Positions 59,136 to 64,000 of a stretch of DNA of 64,000 nt are shown piece after piece. Origin of the DNA: an uncultured Planctomycetota bacterium (GTDB lineage: Bacteria; JAJVIF01; JAPKYR01); the NCBI GenBank assembly GCA_964354375.1, contig CAYGZQ010000006.1:42109-106108 (forward strand), read 5' to 3'. The translations under genes and the position numbers were made by a program. Position 1 is the first letter of the stretch, and every line of letters starts with the position of its first letter. Below the pieces are notes generated by a model, which ran no database searches, was not told the origin of the DNA, and saw only the letters and a list, made by a program, of their open reading frames with translations.

Positions 59136-59468
59136 TCAGTACCAATCCGTGTAGATTTCCCCCACCGGGTTGAACTTCATGTCACGCACGCTCTCGGGGT
59201 CCTCAAAGCGCGGTTCGAGGAATTTCTCGAGCTTGTAGTAGACGACATCGCCTGTAAACACGTTGCGCTTGGCGGAGAACTCGCAGCCCAACTGACATGA
59301 GAAACCGACAATGAGCCCATCCTCATACCGGGGGGTCAGTCTTCCGCACTTGCATCCCGGTGTCGGACACATCTCCAATGTGAACTCCTCAAGCTCGCCG
59401 GCATCGAGACCATCCGCGGTGGTCTGCTTCTTTTTCATGAACTCATCGAAAGTCGGATACTCCTTCAT
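59136..59468 (-). CDS. Small Cys-rich (zinc-ribbon-like) protein; paralog of the 58538 gene
   Basis: CPTPGCKCG…DGLIVGFSCQLGC.FSAKRNVFTG. Confidence 0.7.
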   Translation of the reverse strand: MKEYPTFDEFMKKKQTTADGLDAGELEEFTLEMCPTPGCKCGRLTPRYEDGLIVGFSCQLGCEFSAKRNVFTGDVVYYKLEKFLEPRFEDPESVRDMKFNPVGEIYTDWY

Positions 59469-59661
59469 CCTAATCCCCCACAAGGTGGCGATTCTCACGC
59501 CCCACCGTCCTGAGCCTGTCAGGCTATAACCAATCCGCTGACCCTGTTCTCGGGCTGTTTCCTATACTCAATGTATCAGTAATCTCTGATTTGTCAAGAC
59601 CCCGGACACAGAATCCCTTAATCGTAATCAAGTGTCCGGGACACTCCATCGGAAAGTCCCT

Positions 59662-61716
59662 TCACCAGTTCCACCCCCACGACGGCGATCCGTCCCACGT
59701 GTCATCATCGGTAAGTTGAACCGAGTCTTCAGTCTTCCAGGAGAACACAAACAGCTCCGTGTCTCCCGCGGAATCGGCGCTGTAGACAAAGGAGAGACCA
59801 TCAGGAGAGAACGAGGGATGCGATTCCGACACGCCGGTGTCCAGGCGGTAGAGAATCTCCTCGGTATCGGGATTCGCGACATAGATGTCGGTTTCGTACT
59901 CGGGATTATGGTCCCTGCTGGACGCGTACACTATCAGGTAGGAGCCGTCGATTTTCACTGGGCTCCAGCTGGGGTTCTCGTCGACGCCGGGAGCATCCAG
60001 GATCTTGGTGAACTCGCCGGAATCGACATTGTAAATCCAGAGCGATGTCTGCGGGGGGTCGACGATCCACTTTCCGAGGGTCATGGCTATTCGCTTGCCG
60101 TCGGGACTCCATCGGGGATTGCTGACGGTGTCGGGAGCAGTGGCGATGAAGGTTCGGTCGGAGCCGTCATATTTCATCGAGTACAGATCGAAGGTCTGGC
60201 CCCACTGAGCACCGGAGGCCACGAGCAGATGCTCCCCGTCGGGATGGAAATCCGCCGTGCCGTCGTACACACCTGCCGGCGAGGCGGTCCACGACCCGCC
60301 TCCGATCTCATAGACATCGACCTTGCTGGCGTACGGCGTGGGGCAGAAAGTCAGAAGCATGTGCGTGCCCGCAGGATTTATCCGGGGCTCCATGAAGATC
60401 GCGCCGACACCGACGAACGGTGTAAGCTGCGTTTCCTGCATTGTGTCAAGGTCCAGGAGGAAGACATTCAAGGCGCCGGGAAAGCCATCCGGGTCCGGTG
60501 GTCCGGGCGCGGTGAAAACCATCTCGCCGACAAGCTGGGGCTCCTGGGTGTCCGCGACGGGTATCCAAACAAGCTGGTACATGTGATTGATGTCGCCGAG
60601 CCAGTAGTCATAGGCGGTGTCAACAACCCTGAGGAGAGCCGGATAAGAGCCATGAGCGGTGCCGAGCTCGTTCGTGAGAGGGAACTCGACTGACAAGTAG
60701 TATCCGTCGGTCCCGATGCTTTCGCAGTCAATCTTGCTTGCGCTCACGGTCCCGTTCCAGAGATCGGGACATTCGAGTAGAGCCGACTCGATATCGGTAC
60801 AGGCCTGCATGTCGATCAGGCCAGCCTTTCCGGTGTCGGCACTGCCCACAGTCTCGGTGAGCGTGCCCATTAAACTCCAGCCGATAGAGATCGGCTCGAG
60901 AGCGTTGGCGCTGACGGGAAAATCGGTCAGGATATCGAGCGGTGGATCAACGAGTGGCGGCTCCCAGCTCGCGTCTATCGCGTATCCGAACCTTATCGGT
61001 CCGGGAATGAGCTTGAAATGAAGGACCTGAGAAATCGACCCTCCCGCCGGGAAGTGACGTCTGGGATACTCGGAATATTCGATATAGGGATTCACCGTTG
61101 AGGTGAAATCGCCCGGGGACGCCAGGTTTCCCTGGGAATACTCCAGTATTTTGAATGGGCCGCTTCCGGGGGGAAATTCGAGCGTGTTCCAGAGGCGCGT
61201 ATAGCCGTCCGGGACGGCCAGGGTGAAATCGCCCGTCGCCGGATCGGTCAAGCCGGGCGGCACAGGGACACGGGCGTCGAGACTGGGGAAGTAGAGGCTT
61301 CCATCGCTTATCACGATCGCTCGGACGTCGAATCCTGTGAACCTTTCCAATCCCGGGAAAGGATGCTTCAGGACAATCTCCACCTTGAGCGTCTGGTTCA
61401 CCTGGTCGACCTCCAGACCTTGCAGCGTCACACAGTCCTTGCAGGGGTTGACCTCGAGGAACCGTCTGGCGTTCAGGTGGATTTCCGCGCCTCTCATGGG
61501 GACAAGCTCGAGGGAATCGTGGGTTGCGGGGATGAAACCCAGCCAGAATCCCCACAATTGGTGACCGCCCGATGAGTCGATATGGCGGCTCGCGACATCC
61601 GTCGCCGGAGGAGACGCTGGAACGACCGCATCGTGCGGTCCCGCGCACGCATTGATCATCAGCAACGCAAGTACGATGAACGGCGTCAACCGAACCCTGG
61701 TTTTCAGAAGGACCAT
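59662..61716 (-). CDS. Conserved-family lipoprotein with a C-terminal TolB/PD40 beta-propeller
   Basis: Lipobox INAC; LWGFW, HLNARRFLEVNPCKDC, HPFPG…TGFDVRAI, FGYAIDASWEPP; PRWSPDGKRI, PSWSP, PSFSPDG repeats. Confidence 0.8.
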   Translation of the reverse strand: MVLLKTRVRLTPFIVLALLMINACAGPHDAVVPASPPATDVASRHIDSSGGHQLWGFWLGFIPATHDSLELVPMRGAEIHLNARRFLEVNPCKDCVTLQGLEVDQVNQTLKVEIVLKHPFPGLERFTGFDVRAIVISDGSLYFPSLDARVPVPPGLTDPATGDFTLAVPDGYTRLWNTLEFPPGSGPFKILEYSQGNLASPGDFTSTVNPYIEYSEYPRRHFPAGGSISQVLHFKLIPGPIRFGYAIDASWEPPLVDPPLDILTDFPVSANALEPISIGWSLMGTLTETVGSADTGKAGLIDMQACTDIESALLECPDLWNGTVSASKIDCESIGTDGYYLSVEFPLTNELGTAHGSYPALLRVVDTAYDYWLGDINHMYQLVWIPVADTQEPQLVGEMVFTAPGPPDPDGFPGALNVFLLDLDTMQETQLTPFVGVGAIFMEPRINPAGTHMLLTFCPTPYASKVDVYEIGGGSWTASPAGVYDGTADFHPDGEHLLVASGAQWGQTFDLYSMKYDGSDRTFIATAPDTVSNPRWSPDGKRIAMTLGKWIVDPPQTSLWIYNVDSGEFTKILDAPGVDENPSWSPVKIDGSYLIVYASSRDHNPEYETDIYVANPDTEEILYRLDTGVSESHPSFSPDGLSFVYSADSAGDTELFVFSWKTEDSVQLTDDDTWDGSPSWGWNW

Positions 61717-61804
61717 TCCGCGACCTCCGATGCCTTTCTCAGCGCCGAAATCCCCGACAAAGGCACTCGATGTACAGTTTACATCATAAATCACGAAAGG
61801 TGAA

Positions 61805-62054
61805 CCTCACCCCTGCGCCCCTCTCCACCTCACCCCCCCTTCCCCCCCTCTCCATCCGCCGCGGCGGATGGAGAGGGGGGGAAGGGGGGGTGAGGTCTTG
61901 GGTTTCAGGTCACCAGTTGCCATCTTCGCTGGGGTAGCATGCGCCTCCGGCGCATGGTTCTTCTCCGGTTTCCGATCAAGAAAGAACCACGCGCAGGATG
62001 CGCGTGCTACAGTTGCGACGAAGAGCCTGGATTGCAGGTCACCAGTTGCCATCT
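61805..62054. repeat. Palindromic element (copy of 55698), an inverted GTAGCA-type REP pair and the direct repeat CAGGTCACCAGTTGCCATCT
   Basis: GTAGCATGCGCCTCCGGCGCATGGTTCTT / AAGAACCACGCGCAGGATGCGCGTGCTAC. Confidence 0.65.
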
Positions 62055-62104
62055 GGGCTGGGGCAAAGTACTATCATGTTCGGTCAATTCCCCCGTAAGG
62101 AAGG

Positions 62105-62464
62105 ATGAGCAAGATGAACAATGAGAACGAAATCATGGAAGAGGAGAGCGAATCTCCGGGCGATCTGACGGTGCTTGTCAAGGACGCGGCGGTGAGGACG
62201 GTCGCGGGCGACCTGGTGATGCTGAAAGACTCCGCAGCATTGAGTGCATCCGCGGACTGGGTGCAGATGGAGAGCTCGGCTGCGCTGGTGGTCCAGGCCG
62301 AGATGGTGGATGCCAACAACTCAACGATTTTCCTTGCCCTGACGCAGAAGCTGGGCGGAGAATGCAGGCCGGTTTTCACGCCTCTGACCGCAGCGGCCTT
62401 CGGAGCCGCTTTCGGCGGGGCTATCATCCTGTTCTCGCTCTTTTTCCGCAGAGGTCGAGGCTAG
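62105..62464 (+). CDS. Small protein with a C-terminal TM anchor; paralog of the 62538 gene
   Basis: VxMxxSAA..V.A repeats; PVFTPLTAA plus TM segment plus RR. Confidence 0.65.
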   Translation: MSKMNNENEIMEEESESPGDLTVLVKDAAVRTVAGDLVMLKDSAALSASADWVQMESSAALVVQAEMVDANNSTIFLALTQKLGGECRPVFTPLTAAAFGAAFGGAIILFSLFFRRGRG

Positions 62465-62537
62465 CGACGCGGTTGCGATTGCGACCCGCGCCGTGTAAAA
62501 TTCAATTCCCCATCAGGCGGATTGGAGTTGATGAGCG

Positions 62538-62909
62538 ATGACGGGAAGTCCAAACGAATCCGAGGAGAAATGGGCTCCGCCGGTGGAGCCAACCAAATCG
62601 GTCCCGGCCGACATCCCGTCGGCCGATCCCGTGGCGATGGCCCAGGAATGCACGCAGATAGTCGAGGGCGAATTCGTGAAGATGCACCAGTCGGCTGCGT
62701 TCAGCGTGCTTGCGGACGATGCGGAGATGAACGAATCTGCAGCGTTTATCGTAAGGGCCGAGGAAGTCCGGATAGTGGACTCGGTCACATTCATCCTGTC
62801 CGCGGGAGAGGTAAAGGGGAACGTCACAACGATTTTCACACCGCTGACCGCGGCAATTGTGGGCGTCGCGATCATCGCCGGCATGTGGCTGATCCGTCCG
62901 CGAAGGTGA
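62538..62909 (+). CDS. Small protein with a C-terminal TM anchor; paralog of the 62105 gene
   Basis: VKMHQSAA, AEMNESAA repeats; TIFTPLTAA plus TM segment plus RPRR. Confidence 0.65.
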   Translation: MTGSPNESEEKWAPPVEPTKSVPADIPSADPVAMAQECTQIVEGEFVKMHQSAAFSVLADDAEMNESAAFIVRAEEVRIVDSVTFILSAGEVKGNVTTIFTPLTAAIVGVAIIAGMWLIRPRR

Positions 62910-63006
62910 TTCCCGGCGGCGACTGGTCAGTGTTCCAGCTGGGGAAAAGAAGCCATAATATGCGCTGGAATCCGGAGTTCGCTTGGACTCCGGAGAGGAG
63001 GAACCC

Positions 63007-64000
63007 ATGGACTCAGGACGATCTCTGATCAAACTGTTCAGGGCTGCAGGTCTGACTCTTGCCCTGATCGCAATAGCGGTCGCCTGGCCGGCTTCCGCAC
63101 AGGCCCAGGGGGAGGCGGATCACGACTCGGCATACTACACGGCCATGTCCGGCAGTTATCTTATGTCGGGGCAATACGAGCTGGCCATAGAGATGTGCAA
63201 CAATGCAATCGAGCTCGATCCGAACAACGCCGACGCCTACATCAACAGGGGAGCAGCCTACTCTCTCCTGGACAAGTGGGACGAAGCCATAAGCGACTGC
63301 AGCAGGGCCATCGAGCTCGATCCGGACATCGCCTTAGCTTACGTCAACCGAGGGAACGCCTACCTGAATCTGGACGAATACGAACGGGCTCTCGAGGACT
63401 GCAACAAAGCCATCGAGCTCGATGGGCAGTGCGCGGACGCCTACCACAACCGGGGTGTCGCCTATGCCGGACTGGACGAGTATGCCCTGGCCGTGGAGGA
63501 CTACAGCAGGGCTCTGCAGATCAACCCTGGTTACGCCGACACATGGGCAAGCCGTGGGGACGCCTACTTGCGGCAGGGCAAGTACGACGAAGCCATAAGC
63601 GATTACAGCAGGTCTATTGAGGTGGATCCGAGCTACGCCGGAGCCTATCTCAACAGGGGAGCCACCTACCTGGCTTTGGACAAGTACGCTGAAGCCATAA
63701 GCGATTTTGAGAAGCTGATCGAGCTCGATCCGGACTTTGCCCCGGCGTACAGCAACCGGGGTAACGTGTTTTACGAGCAAGGCGACTACGATCGAGCGAT
63801 AGAGGACTGCAGCAAGGCGATCGAACTCGATCCGCTGTGTATCGAGGCATACAACAACCGTGGGATCGCCTACGAGGGTAGAGGCGAGGACGACGCGGCC
63901 ATAGGCGATTACAACAGGGCTATCGAAATCGAACCCGGCTATGCCAAGGCCTATGTCAACCGCGGGACGGTGTACGGGAAGCAGGGGCGGTGGGACGAAG
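63007..64000 (+). CDS. Secreted TPR-repeat protein, 3'-truncated by the window edge (missing from the ORF track)
   Basis: GAGGAGG SD, ATG at 63007 (MDSGRSLIKLFRAAGLTLALIAIAVAWPASAQA), then repeated AIELDP..A.AY.NRG.AY. Confidence 0.9.
   Translation, partial: MDSGRSLIKLFRAAGLTLALIAIAVAWPASAQAQGEADHDSAYYTAMSGSYLMSGQYELAIEMCNNAIELDPNNADAYINRGAAYSLLDKWDEAISDCSRAIELDPDIALAYVNRGNAYLNLDEYERALEDCNKAIELDGQCADAYHNRGVAYAGLDEYALAVEDYSRALQINPGYADTWASRGDAYLRQGKYDEAISDYSRSIEVDPSYAGAYLNRGATYLALDKYAEAISDFEKLIELDPDFAPAYSNRGNVFYEQGDYDRAIEDCSKAIELDPLCIEAYNNRGIAYEGRGEDDAAIGDYNRAIEIEPGYAKAYVNRGTVYGKQGRWDE

Noticed and set aside
1-64000. The many overlapping antisense or alternate-frame ORFs in the track (e.g. 32665-33954, 41272-42486, 13290-14492, 63195-63620)
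   Set aside because: They are shadow ORFs expected in GC-rich DNA, are often Arg/Pro-rich, lack family motifs and overlap well-supported genes

Overview
GC-rich chromosomal segment from a probably anaerobic, diderm bacterium, judged from its many lipoproteins, Lgt, outer-membrane barrel proteins and RpoE/anti-sigma/RseB-like module. I saw no rRNA, tRNA, CRISPR array, transposase or phage genes. Recognisable genes are a phnD-like binding protein, a rimK-like ligase, a GAF/HD-GYP protein, a tetraheme cytochrome fused to a degenerate 5'-nucleotidase domain, a CPBP protease, an ECF sigma operon, lgt, an electron-bifurcation operon (NuoE/F/G-like + NfnAB + DRTGG/kinase/[FeFe]-like accessory genes), a patatin, gltX, a cysteine desulfurase-like gene, metG, a K+-independent hppA and a TPR protein. 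Five observations stand out. (1) metG is preceded by a trp-type transcription attenuator built on a Met-rich 16-aa leader peptide (MLAYTHNMAMEMLHPG) with complete 1:2, 2:3 and 3:4 pairings. (2) A seven-gene WxL/chaperone-usher-like filament operon has three paralogous subunits whose SD-linked start codons are ATG, GTG and apparently ACG. (3) Seven dispersed lipoproteins share one uncharacterised N-terminal domain and carry different C-terminal payloads. (4) A candidate sigmaE-dependent anti-SD small RNA lies at about 19313-19381. (5) The bifurcating HydABC-like complex has no catalytic site of its own and is coupled to NfnAB. Intergenic regions carry several families of REP-like palindromes. 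All assignments come from motif recognition by eye; no searches were run.
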